A stretch of DNA of 63,583 bases, filler included, from Reticulomyxa filosa (taxonomy: Eukaryota > Protista > Foraminifera): the NCBI GenBank assembly GCA_000512085.1. It is 20 parts of 20 records of this genome, joined end to end, with 100 filler letters (N's around TTAATTAATTAA, not from the genome) between each part and the next. Parts side by side here need not be neighbours in the genome. Positions count along the whole stretch, not along the records: positions 46,955 to 51,291 come from ASPP01002353.1; positions 51,392 to 54,576 come from ASPP01019746.1; positions 54,677 to 55,755 come from ASPP01007658.1; positions 55,856 to 62,423 come from ASPP01014559.1; 16 more parts are not named here. One strand, 5' to 3'. Shown here in pieces: positions 48,628 to 60,997 of the stretch. Each line of letters starts with the position of its first letter. The stretch's first letter is position 1. The position numbers and the translations under genes were made by a program. The notes beneath the pieces are model-generated. The model was not told the origin of the DNA. It did not search any database and saw nothing but the letters and a program-made list of their open reading frames with translations.

Positions 48628-50500
48628 ATGTCACATCGTAAATTTGAAGGTTTGTCCATGACTTTGTGAAGTGGTTTTCTTTTCTTTTTCTAATTCGTTT
48701 TATGCACTCACGAAACAAATAGCCCCTCGTCATGGTTCACTTCGATTCTTACCAAGAAAGAGGTGCCGTCGTCATCGAGGACGAATTCGCAGCTTCCCAC
48801 CAGATGATAGAAAAAAGGACCCTCATTTGACAGCCTTCATCGGTTACAAAGCCGGTATGACACACATATTGAAGCAACTAAAGAGGCCAGGTTCAAAAGT
48901 TCACGAAAAAGATATTGTGGAAGGAGTAACAGTTATGTTCGGAAAAAAGGGGAAGAAAGTGGAAAAAAAGTATTTTTTTTTGTTTGCGAGATTTCGCGAA
49001 AGTGGTTTCGGATGTATTTGTTAAAATTTGTGCAAATCATATATGATTTAAAAAACAATTAACTGTGCGATATTTCTATTGATGAAATATGTTATGACAA
49101 AATAATTTAAACAACACAGATCATTGAAACGCCACCAATGATGGCAGTTGGCTTGGTTGGTTACGTCAAAACCCCAGCCGGTTTGAGATCCATTACTTCC
49201 GTATGGGCATCGCATTTGGACGACTCATTCCGTCGACGATTCTACAAGAACTGGTTAGTTCATGTTTTTCCTAATGTTTTTGTTTTAAAATTTATGAAAA
49301 TGACAAAAATAATAATAATAAAGGACTCGTTCCAAAAAGAAAGCATTCACAAAATGGCAACAAAAATGGGCGGCCGCAAAAGATGGCAAGGATCCTGTCG
49401 AGGTTGCACGACGATTAAAATTCATCAAGAAATACGCTGATGTTGTCCGTGTCATTGCTCACTCGCAAGTGAAGAAATTAAAGAACTTAGGCCTGAAGAA
49501 AGCTCACATTATGGAAATTCAAGTAAATACTGTGAACACACGTTTATTTAAAAATAGAGGAAGTGACAGGGAGGGGAAACAGAAAGTATCGTCAATACAG
49601 AGCAGATTAACTAATAACCTTTTTTTTTTTCACTGTTGTTGTGTAAATCATATTAATAGATCAATGGTGGCACCGTTGAACAAAAAGTCGACTTTGGATA
49701 CAAATTGTTTGAAAAACCAGTGGATGTGAAATCGATATTCCACCAAAATGAAATGATTGATACAATTGGTGTAACGAAAGGACACGGATTCAAAGGTGTG
49801 GTCAATCGATGGGGTGTGGCGAAATTGCCTCGAAAGACTCACCGTGGTCGTCGGAAAGTTGCTTGTATTGGCCCTTGGCATCCTCCAAGAGTTAGTTATA
49901 CAGTGGCCCGTGCTGGTCAAAAAGGTTATCATCACCGTACCGAACTTCACAAAAAAATTTATCGAATTGGGGATGCCATCAAATTTGGTGAAGATAAAAA
50001 ACCTTTGTCTTTCAATGCCTCCACTGAATTTGATTTAACTGAAAAGAACATCACTCCAATGGGTGGCTTTGTTCGATATGGTGTTGTCAAGCAAGATTAC
50101 GTCATGATCAGAGGCACTTGCATTGGTAAGTTTCAAATTTTATATAATATTATTTTTTTTAATTGAAATAATTTTGTTGGCTGTCTATTTGTTAAACAAA
50201 GGCCCTCGAAAACGACCCATCACTTTGCGTAAAGCAATTGTTCAACCATCAGGTAGTGGTGCAGCTGAAGAAGTTGATGTCAAGTTTATTGATACTTCTT
50301 CACAATACGGTAATGGTCGATTCCAGACAAGCGAGGAAAAGAAGACGTTCTTTGGCACCACCAAAAAAGATCGATTAAAAGAACAAGCCAAAAAAACACA
50401 AGAAAGAAAGCAAAAGAAAGAAACAGAACCCAAAGAAGATGCCCCAGAAGAGAACACAGAAAAGGAAGAAGAAGTGACCGAACAAAAATCAGTTTTGTGA
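48628..50500 (+). CDS. RPL3: 60S ribosomal protein L3 (uL3), complete, 6 exons
   Basis: MSHRKFE|[14 protein letters not shown]...[28 protein letters not shown]|[59 protein letters not shown]. Five GT-AG introns keep the frame. Confidence 0.98.
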
Positions 50501-51391
50501 GATAGCACAGGAGGAAAAATATTTTTGTATTAGAGGGTGCGCCTAATCATTTCAAATTTTTTTTGTTTTGCCAATATAGAAAACCTCGGCGAAAGGATCC
50601 AAGAAAAAAGGAGGAAAAGGCTCGAAAAAGAAAGGCTCAGGAAAGAAAACAAAAACTCAAAGTGCAAAAACAGAACGCAAATAAATAGCTTCTTGTTTGG
50701 AGAGCACATCTTTGAAGAAGCACTAATGATATTAAGTGATTGGGAAAAAAACACGTTCTTTTGCACTGATGTAAACATTAATATTTTTTTCCCATTGGTC
50801 TTTGCTGTTTTGAATAACTCAATTAAGTTTTTTTTCCATTCACAAATTCAAAAGTATTATCAATATCAAACACGATTACAATTCATCAAAGAGTTTATTT
50901 TGGGTAATTCCAAGTTTTTTGTAATTAGTTAATCTACGTAAAAAAAAGAAGTGGTGACATATCTGCCTAGATACAATATATTGCAGGAAAAAACTGGATA
51001 CATTATAAATATGAACAATTTTCTGTATGAAAACAAATATTTAGCTATTTTTTTAAGAGAAACAAATGTCGTATCAGGAAAATACTTAGCAACAAAACAT
51101 AGCTAATGTAATGTGGCGTGAGAGACATCTCGTATGTAAGTATACAACAATCAAACAAACAAAAGAGCACATCACAAGACTTTAAGATGATCACATCAAC
51201 TCAAGCGAATCCATTGCGGACAGCGACGGCGACAAAGAACATGAAAGCAAATACAGTATGTTGCAAAGAAAACTGAACGACTAAAACGATANNNNNNNNN
51301 NNNNNNNNNNNNNNNNNNNNNNNNNNNNNNNNNNNTTAATTAATTAANNNNNNNNNNNNNNNNNNNNNNNNNNNNNNNNNNNNNNNNNNNN

Positions 51392-52370
51392 TTGAACTCT
51401 TGATCCACATCAATAGTCAATTGTGCAAAACAAAGTATTGAGCTCTTTTCAACACAAGTCGATTTTTATTGTTACTGTTGCTTTTAACTGCTCAAGAATG
51501 TGCTGCAACTCTTTATTCTTCAGTTGTTCAGATATCCACTTCTCTTTGTATTGCTCTTGCAAGATCTCGGAATTGTTCCTCGTTTTGTTGTCAGGTCTGT
51601 TCTATTTCGTTCAGAAAAACGCTTATTGTTTTTTGATTGGTTGCAAAAAAAACACTTATGTGTAAAACGAAAGTTAGGAAAAATTTTTTTATTTGTTTTT
51701 TTATGGCCAGTGTTGTCAAAACACCTAACGAAATTGCTTTTTTGATGGAAATAGTCGTCGTCATCACAGGTGAGCAATTGATTGGTATGAAAGTCTATTT
51801 GCAATTGATATTCACAAAAAAGAAGTTCAAGACCATGTAAATTATTGAAACCTACAAAAAAAAAAAGACCTTTCAATGCATACAACAATAATAACACATC
51901 CTCGGGATGGCCTTCTGCAACATTATCTGGCACAATGGCGACGTTTTGCAGCTTTTCATGAACAATTTGTAAAAGAATTTGGAATGCACTTTGATTGGTG
52001 GACTGTTGATTGATCGGTTGCCAACCATTGATAAATTCCATTTCTTTCAATGAAAGAAGTTTGATACGGGTTGCTATTTCTGCATATACTGTTATTTTAT
52101 TTGTTTGTTTATATTTTGTTGAGCTACTTGTTTTGTAAATTCTTTTTTGTGTGCGCAGATCACTCAACCAATTGGATTTTTCAAAGAAGAGATACTCAGA
52201 TTGCTGGGAATGAAAATGATCCCCCAAACACATCCACAGAACAGTGTTGAAAGCGAGTTAAAAAAAAGAGAAAAAACACTTATTGCAGAAAGATACAGTT
52301 TGTCTTTGAGTGAAATTAAATCAAGTGAAAGTAGCCAGTCTTCCAAATCTTTGGGCAATTTTTCTGTCAT
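51392..52370 (-). CDS. Possible calponin-homology (CH_2/SPATA4-like) domain protein, 5' part, frame disrupted
   Basis: MTEKLPKDLEDWLLSLDLIS and IVPDNVAEGHPEDVLLLLYALK resemble the first and last helices of CH domains. The exon structure is unresolved. Confidence 0.4.
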
Positions 52371-54676
52371 TATCAGACCTCCGTTTAGGGCTGTTCTGAA
52401 AAAACTTCTTTCGATTTGGTATCCCCTTCAAAACCTCTTGGATTTTCCCACTTTGCAACATACCAAGTTTTGTTTTTTGTTTTTCTGCATTGTGTGCCGC
52501 AAATTGACGATCATTGCGGAATCTTTAAAACAATTTTTAAGGTTAAAGACTCTCGAACAACATTTGCACAAGTCTCAGATCTTTTTATTGGCCAATGTTG
52601 CGCTTCACTTGCTTCTGATTCTGGAGTTCTAAAAAAGATTTTCTTTTTTTTCAAAAATTTCAAAACAAGAGAAGGCTAAAATGTGGTAAAAAGGAACCAC
52701 TTTCCAATAAGCGGCCGCAACAACACTGGTCAATTGTGCCTATAATCCATTACTCAAAAAAAAAACAATTGGCTGTTTTGTACATTGTTGCTTACAAAAG
52801 CAAACAGCAAAAATATAAAATAAGACAACCAAAAAAAAAAAGACAAATCAAATATCAAAAAAATATGGACACAATTCATTTGGCGTTGGACTGGAAGTCG
52901 GTTGGACTGTTTATGTTATTGAAAATACAAACTAATTGGATGAGAGATTTTTCTTCTTTTTCATACTATCACGTTTCAACACTTATTATTATGATCACAA
53001 GTACTTTCGTTCACAATTGAAACAAAAATATTCAAATTTTTATATACAAATATCAATTACTAAAAAAGTTATATAAACTGAAAAAAATAACCAACGAATA
53101 AATAAAACCTGAACTTGGAAAAAAGAAGGGAAAACCAAAAAAAATAAATTTAAAAAAACTTTTGAATTGTATTACTTTCGATGTCACTGGAACAGGTACT
53201 GTGCAACATGCGCCTAACATGTCTTCCAATTCTTCTTCTCTCTATCACTTCCTTCAACACTCATCACAAACTTACAGTGACTCAATACAAGCTTCAAGTC
53301 TGAGATATGTTACTGTACAATTGCCAAAAAAGGTATAAAAAAAAAGATAAATGGAGGGGATTGTAATCATAATAACAAATGTTTGTATATTTACTTTTGT
53401 CTTTGGAATAGTCTCCTGGTGAAGTTGGCAGAAATGTCCCGATTATGATAAAAGTGAAGAAACAAGTGATAACTTTTTCTTCAAATCTTCGCACTTTGCG
53501 ACTGTAATATTTTTATGTATAATTTGTCATTTTAAAAAAAAATGAAACAATCTATTTTGCTATTGTTGTTAATACTGTTGTTGCTAATGTGGAATGTGAA
53601 CAAATTAGTACTAATCAAATACATTTCAGCACATACCAATCAGCATTTTCAACACAAATATCAATTTAATTTTACATAGTCCTAAAAAGAGATAACGTTA
53701 TTAATGTTTGAGCTCAAGAGTTTTTTTTCTTTTATAGAAATAGCATTAAGACATACTGACAAATGATTATATAAAAAAAAAGTTGTGTAAATAAAGTTCA
53801 ACATATTTACAAACATGTTGATTAAAGCATTAACAATATTCATTCGTTGAATTCATATATGTATATAAATTCCAAAATTAATCAAATCTCACACATTGTC
53901 CAAAATGAGTAACTTAGGATTTAATCCTAAGTCTACTTCAAACATTACGAATTTTTTTTCCTTTTTGGAAAAAAAAACTAACGAAGGCCGCGTTCCGGCA
54001 ATATGGAACTTTATCATGTTTCCATCTAAATCTTTTCTTTACTATCAAAACCTTTGATGTTGTGCTTCATTGTAAGCAAACAATACTATCTAGACTATTC
54101 TTTTATTTCTTTGTTTGTTTTCAAGTTGGCGTTGTGGTGACAAATGGACATAGATTGTTAAAGGAAATGCTTCTAAACTCAAGTCTATTTTATAATCAAA
54201 GAATCCAAGATTTTGTTTCTATGAAGACAATGCAGTTTCAAACTTTTATGTGGTGTTGGAGCAAATGGGCAGATTGGAGCAATTGTGATCGCAACATCTG
54301 CGGTGTTTGTCATCGCTCACAAAAGACATGTACTATGTCTTCTTCACGAACATCTCTTACAGATCAGTTTTGCTCGATTTTTTGCTACTGTTGATATGTC
54401 ATATTTCGAAGACAACAACACGTTGAGCGAGCAAAACGTCACCAACATACGCATGTGGTTAATTGCATCCGTCACCATCACTGTCGATCGGCCTCCTACT
54501 AATTTTGATGACACTAGTTCCAATGATTGCATCGAAAGTTTTTTTGAAACAACATTCTTTGTTTGTTTATTTATTTNNNNNNNNNNNNNNNNNNNNNNNN
54601 NNNNNNNNNNNNNNNNNNNNTTAATTAATTAANNNNNNNNNNNNNNNNNNNNNNNNNNNNNNNNNNNNNNNNNNNN

Positions 54677-55680
54677 ATTGGTATTGGCATTGAGATTGAC
54701 AGTGTCATTGTTGTGCCTATGTACCGTATTGGTGGTGTTGGTCGAGTTGATAGCAGGTTTTGGAGTGCGACCAGTTTTGACAAGCAAACTATTTGTCCTT
54801 TCTCTTTGTAGGCTTTCGTTGTCGTCCAACTGTGTGTCGGTTATCTTTGGTTGGCGATGTCTGTTGTCTCGGCCTGCATTCGCCCTATTCCCTCGTCCTG
54901 TGCTTCTTTGCATCTCCACTTTTGTTCGAGACAGCATAAAGTTTTCCCATACATGTCCAGCATCTTCTTTTGCGAGAAAGATGGGAGGGGGGGGGGAGGA
55001 AGGGGTAGAAAGGGGTAGGAACAAAAAAAAAAAAAAAAAAAAAAATCCTAAGCAACAAATTGTACAATAATATACCATATTTCTATTAAACGCAACTTTT
55101 GACAGTGAAAATATTAATTTGCGATTGCAACAGCTGAGAAGCATTTGAATGAAGAAGAAGCTCAGAGTTACAGGATTTAGATTCCATCAACTCGGGCAAG
55201 GCTTGATCTTCTTCCTGCAGCTCTCTTCCGCTTGTCTTTTGGACAGACACGTGATAAGGCTCTTGGCTGCACAGACTGCCGCGACGAATGCCAGAGTCAA
55301 TGGAAACGTTGGAGTGTTTTCGAATGCCACTGGCGGCGACGCTATGATGGCGATTATCCGTGACACTGTTCTGCGTCGAAGAAGATTGTTTGCTTTTCTT
55401 TTTCTTCGAAAAAGAGTGTCCTGATGGCATAAACGATCGAGGATGCAATAACTCCCCTGGGGAATGTCCGTGGTTATGGTTATGTCCGAGTCCGTTGCCA
55501 TGTGCGTTTCCGTGATGACGATTAGACGCATGTGTTTTGTCACTGCCTGCCGTATATGAACTCCCGCCCACTGACTCTGTTCCTTTTCTTTGTCCATTGG
55601 AACTGGCCGCCGAAACCGGACTTTGTGTTATTGCGTCGGTTGTTGGAACCGACTACGTTTTATTTGCCATTGATGTGTCC
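54677..55680 (-). CDS. Hypothetical low-complexity protein fragment
   Basis: GC-richer minus-strand ORFs (161 aa and about 100 aa) separated by an intron-like T/C tract; H/S/N-rich. Confidence 0.5.
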
Positions 55681-56219
55681 AAAAAGAGGAAAAAGAGGAA
55701 AAAGAGGAAGGAGAGCAAAAAAAAAAAAAAAAAAAAAGAACAGCAAAACAAAAAANNNNNNNNNNNNNNNNNNNNNNNNNNNNNNNNNNNNNNNNNNNNT
55801 TAATTAATTAANNNNNNNNNNNNNNNNNNNNNNNNNNNNNNNNNNNNNNNNNNNNAAGCCTACAAGAAAAAAAGGGAATATGCACGGGGACAGAATTAGA
55901 TGACTAAGACAATGAAATTTGTCCATATATTGTCATATTGTCTTTGCAATCGGATACACTTTGAAAATTGCACAAGTTGAAGAGATGGAAAGTAAAAAAA
56001 TCCATCACCATGTCGAAGTCAACACAAACTTGCAAGTTTTTTTAAATTTTTTTTTTTTTTTTTTTTTTTTTACTGTTTACGTAGCAATACTACAATCGAC
56101 AGTGGAAAAGACATAACAACCAAAAAAAAAAAATTTTGTAAAAAGTATGTATGTATATATATATATAGTGTAGAATAATGTATATATATACGTAAAAAAA
56201 AAAAAAAAAAAATTGATCC

Positions 56220-57249
56220 TTATTCCACGCCGTAAATTTCTAAACAAAGGATAGTAAAGTTATCAAAAGTGAGGGGCGGACTGTTGAAAGTGGAGCACTT
56301 GGTAGTGCGACCAAGGTTGAAATCGGAGTCGATATAAAGAGCAGGACATTCGCCAGCGCCAATGGTGATGGAGGACATATCGGAGCGAATGAAGTAGGGC
56401 TGAATGCCGGAGGATCTATAAACACAAAGATTGGAACTCTGATCAAACTTCCAAACGAAGCAATCGATGGATCCGCGATATTCTCCGGCAGGAAGCCAAG
56501 GGACATCAACGAAGGCGCCAAAGACATTTTCGTGTGTGTCTTTGATGAGTAGAAGAGACTCGTCGAGCTTGCAGCACTTTTCGAAGAAGGTGTTCATACT
56601 AATGCCATGTTTTTCGGTGGAATAGTACTTGCGCCAGTTCCACAAGGGATTGCTGCCAGGACAACTAAGCACGAGTTTTTCCAGCTGAACGGCCTCCAAG
56701 ACATTGGACGACTCCAAACTGATACTGATCTTCTTGTCCAATTCGATGTTGCTGTTGCTGCTGTTCACAATTAAACTGTTGTCCTTGAGAGTCTTGACGC
56801 ACTCGTTGATATTGCACAGCGTGGCGTTGGTGGCTACGTTGGCCGTCTCGAACAAGTACACGACGTCCTTCACCGTCACGACCTTCAGCACCTGCGTCTG
56901 CGTCGTGTCGGCGTCGGTCGTGCCGGTTGACATGCACTCGCTGCTGGTAATGTCGCGAGCGACGTGAAGAGAGACGATGAGATTCGATATTTGTGAGGAT
57001 TCATCGACTTTGGAGTCCCCTGCAGAAGTTGAAGTAGAAGAAGAAGAAGAAGAAGAAGAAGAAGAAGAAGATGATGATGTTGAGGTTGATGATGATGAAT
57101 TATCCAAATTCAATTTACGATTGTCATTACCTTTGACCGTGGGTGTAAAGATCAAATGAGTGGTGGACAAACTCAAAATACCAGTTCGGTCGATAAGATT
57201 GTCCCTTCGAATGACTGGACAAGATAGATTAGATGTCTTTTCCTCTGTC

Positions 57250-57287
<38 letters not shown>

Positions 57288-58421
57288 CGATGATGATGTG
57301 CGCTCCAAAGACAACAACTCCTTAACCAATTGCAATTGACGCTGCTTCATAGCCATGCTCGATCGTTGCAACATCTTCAACTGATCAAAACTATCCTTCT
57401 CTTTCTCCGTCACTTTGGCCAGCTTTTGCACAAACTCAATCTTCTTGAACGATATGTGGTTGGACGCCTCCACAATGGCGTCAATGTCATCCTTCCACTT
57501 GCGCGACTCGTCCTCGAGTGCGCACAGCACGTCTCTCTGCTGGTCCATCACACGCGTCAGATCGGCCACCTCTTTCTCCAGCGTCTGCTTCTGCGACATC
57601 CACGACTGGATCGAGTCTGTTAGCGACTTGAGTGTCTGCTGTTGCAACAATACCAAGTCTTTCATACGATGCATTTCTTTTTCTTTCGACGCTTTTTCCA
57701 GCAATATCTTGCCTAGCAATGCATGCTTGTATTCAATCTCTTTGTCACAATTGTTTACTAATTCATACCATTCCTCATTTTCGGGGGCTTTTTTTTCTTT
57801 TTCTTTTTCTTTTTCTTTTTCTTTATCTGACATTTGCTCAATTAAATGTCTTCGCAATTCATCTCTTTGCAACGACATTGTATTAATCTCTTGTGTCAAT
57901 TCCTCATATCTTTGCTTAATCTCATTCACTTTTGTCACCATCTCCGAATACGTCTCCTCTATTTTTGGCATCTTCAACACTGTCACTTCTTTCAACTCCA
58001 ATATATTCTTCAGATTCATCTCTACGTTCTTTATCTTCCTCTCCAACTTCTCTTTTTGCTCTTCTTGCTGCTTCAACTCGCTCCTCAACTCTCCTTGCTT
58101 TTCATTCTGCTTCTGGATCTTTGCTTCCAATTCTGATGCCTCTTTTTCCAAAAATTTCTTATTTTCATCCAATGCTTCTATTCGGTAACTCAGCTCTTGC
58201 CGTTCTGCCACTGCATGCTTGTACATATTCGTCCATTCTGCTATTTCTCGTGCTGTCTCTTCTTGCTTCGCTTCTGTTGTCTTCATCTCTTGGCTTATCG
58301 CCTGTCTGTTTTCTATTATATCCTTTCCTGAGCTTGAACTCCATAAGGGTGAAATTGACACTGTTGTCACCATGGACAGTATATTGCTTCCACTTAAAGA
58401 ACGCAACCATTCTGTTGCCAT
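56220..58421 (-). CDS. TLDc-domain (OXR1/NCOA7-type) protein with a long N-terminal coiled coil and a GRAM/PH-like segment
   Basis: Uninterrupted 733-aa ORF. WRKYYSTEKHGISMNTFF...LLLIKDTHENVFGAF...YRGSIDCFVW...ITIGAG..PALYIDSDF..G.T..CSTFNSPPL...LEIYG (TLDc). TGILSLSTTHLIFTP (GRAM-like). Confidence 0.92.
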
Positions 58422-59339
58422 TTTATTTTTTTTTTTTATCTAAAAAAAAAAAAAAAATTTCTTTATACGTACTTGAAAACGGTTCATATCAATGGATTTT
58501 ATTTTTTTTAAAAAATATGCAAACAATTCAATTAATTGCACGTGCTTCGTGTCCTTGCACAATTTGAATAGACAAATTCTTAAACAAGAGCTTTTGATGT
58601 TTTTTTGATAGAAAGTAAAACGATATTTAAAAACATCAGAAAGCACCTATATTTGGAACAGAATGTTAATGAACAAAGAAAAATATTTACAGTATCTTAT
58701 TTATTGGTTAACGAGGAAAATTTGTTATTGGAACGTGCATGATATTATCCCCAGATGCGAATGATAATATTATATGTTCAATAACACAGATCAATGCTAT
58801 AACGATCTCATGACTATTGGTTTTAATTATAGAAATTTAAGACAATACATAGAATCTCATTTATCACCATATATTATATATAATTTCTTATTTGATCGAA
58901 TATATCAAAATTGAATTGTATTATCTCTTGCACCATATTTTACAATAATAACATAATTTTCATGTTCTTTGAAAACAGTTAATTATTTGGCTGTTTCAAA
59001 TGAGTCAGAAAAAATATCGCTAATCAATAAATGGCAAGAATTTAATACTTGTAACACTACTAGTGTGCCCATTAAATATGTTTAATTGTTGATTATCTTT
59101 AAATTCTAAAAACTAATGGTTTTGTTAGCTGATGAAGAACAGATAACATAACGACGGTCACTATGATAGTGATATGATGAAATTTTGCACAAAACACAGA
59201 GTATAAATGTCTGTTGAAAATTGAATTTGTTTGCATCTACAATAGTTTGAAAGAAAAAAGATAAATAAAATAATACTTTATTCAGATCCTTTTTTTGTAT
59301 TTGAACTTTGTGATGTATAAAATTTACATTACATCGTTA

Positions 59340-60340
59340 TGATAGCGAAAGATCTGAAAAGATTATTAAGTGTCGAACGCGAAATCAAAGTTTATATTGC
59401 AGTTGTCGAGACATCAGCAATTCACGCGCAAAAACGCATTTGAGAGACTGTTGGAGCAGATCACCAATGTGAATTTGGCACAGGCGGAGGTGTGGAGAAT
59501 ATATTCGAGGAGGAAATTAACGAAGATTAAGAGGAAACTAAGGGGTAAATGTTAGAGCTGATGAACGTGATGTCGCAGTCGAAAATAAAACAATGACAAT
59601 TACCAACACAAGCCCAGTGACAGAAACGAAAGCAAAGACTGCAGAGTATAGAATGAACCGAACCAAGAGTCGTAGTAGTCATGGACGGAAGTCAAATTCC
59701 AACAAGAGATCAGCAAAAATAAAAAGCATAGTATAGTTCATTTATGCTTTGAGAATCAGCTTGTATTGCGTGAATAAGCAACGACATTTCCAATGGATCA
59801 AAAGCACGCTGGATCATCAAAAGTTGTTTCGAGGCTGTCATGTCCGAGTACTTCATTTGATGAAAATATCATTAGAAGGCATTATCACAAATGTGCCCAA
59901 AAGTCGAAGCGAGATGACCATTATGTTAGATCAATACTTCTACGATTGTTATCACATGAACTAGTGCATGAATCTGAAACTAATCGAAATTGTCAAACTC
60001 GAAAAGGAAACTTAAATCGACATAATCGAATTTATGGGGTGCGAGACACGCACCAGTCGTAGCTATCATGATACGTTGATAATATATTGGATTCCTTTTT
60101 GACACATTTGTCGCAAATTGTCAAAGCGTACCATCCGAATGTGGTGCTGCAGTTCCATTGAGAGAATATTCCAACAATGAAAGCGAAAATGATAAAGAAA
60201 GAAAAAGAAATGAAATGATAAATATTCATACAACAAAGATGAAAAAGAACAGATAATAATGGATAACGAAGATGGCCACAATGGGCAAGAAATATCGATT
60301 TCGGCAGGCTGGGAACGGTGGGATTCATAAATGGACTTCC
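59340..60340 (+). mobile_element. Possible decayed retroelement remnant with an RNase H-like motif
   Basis: ttccaatggatcaaaagcacgctgga reads FQWIK-HAG across a frameshift (RNase H W[VI]K.H.G), followed by ...GNLNRHNRIYG. Many stops. Confidence 0.35.
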
Positions 60341-60997
60341 AAACAGCAATAATCGTCGTAATAATAATTTCGTAATAATAATCTTCGTACTGTATGAGTG
60401 AAGACAAAACTGATATAAATCATATAAATGCTGTAGTTAGCACAAGTCAAACAAGCAATGAAATTCATAAAAACTAAACAGTCATTAAATAGACAAGTCT
60501 TAATCAAAGTAAATATTTATTTAACAAAAAAATAATAATAAAAAAAAGTATTCAAAGAAAGGTTACAAAAACACATTTGCATAGCAAAAACAAATGGCTA
60601 AATTGAAGTAAAAATGACATGTAGACATCAGCAGCATGTATTAATTTGATAATAGTCAATTTTAACGTATGAACGCACAAGATGAATCTGTTGTTGCTGC
60701 AATTTTACTGACAAGCAAAGAGTAATGATTACAAGTGTTAAATAAGTTAATATTTTCAGACCACAAAAATACAATTTAATTCTTTTCAAAGTGCAGTTTT
60801 CATATATTATGCTTTTCAATTCTTTAAAAAATATTTAACGTAGCTTTTTCAACTTTTTTTAAACAACAAAGTAAGATAAAACAAATCTTTTAGTGTGCGC
60901 AATCAAATTAAACAAGTTTAATATCATATTACTTTTCGTTTAATCAAACTTTTCAAACAGACACAATTTTATTTTTTATTCGACAAAAATTAAATTA

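Noticed and set aside
48932-49119. snoRNA in the longer RPL3 introns
   Set aside because: One TGATGA is present, but no downstream CTGA box or terminal stem was found.
54250-54335. TSP1-like reading CWSKWADWSNCDRNICG
   Set aside because: Overlapping frames read equally plausibly, there is no signal peptide or second repeat, and the coding frame cannot be determined.
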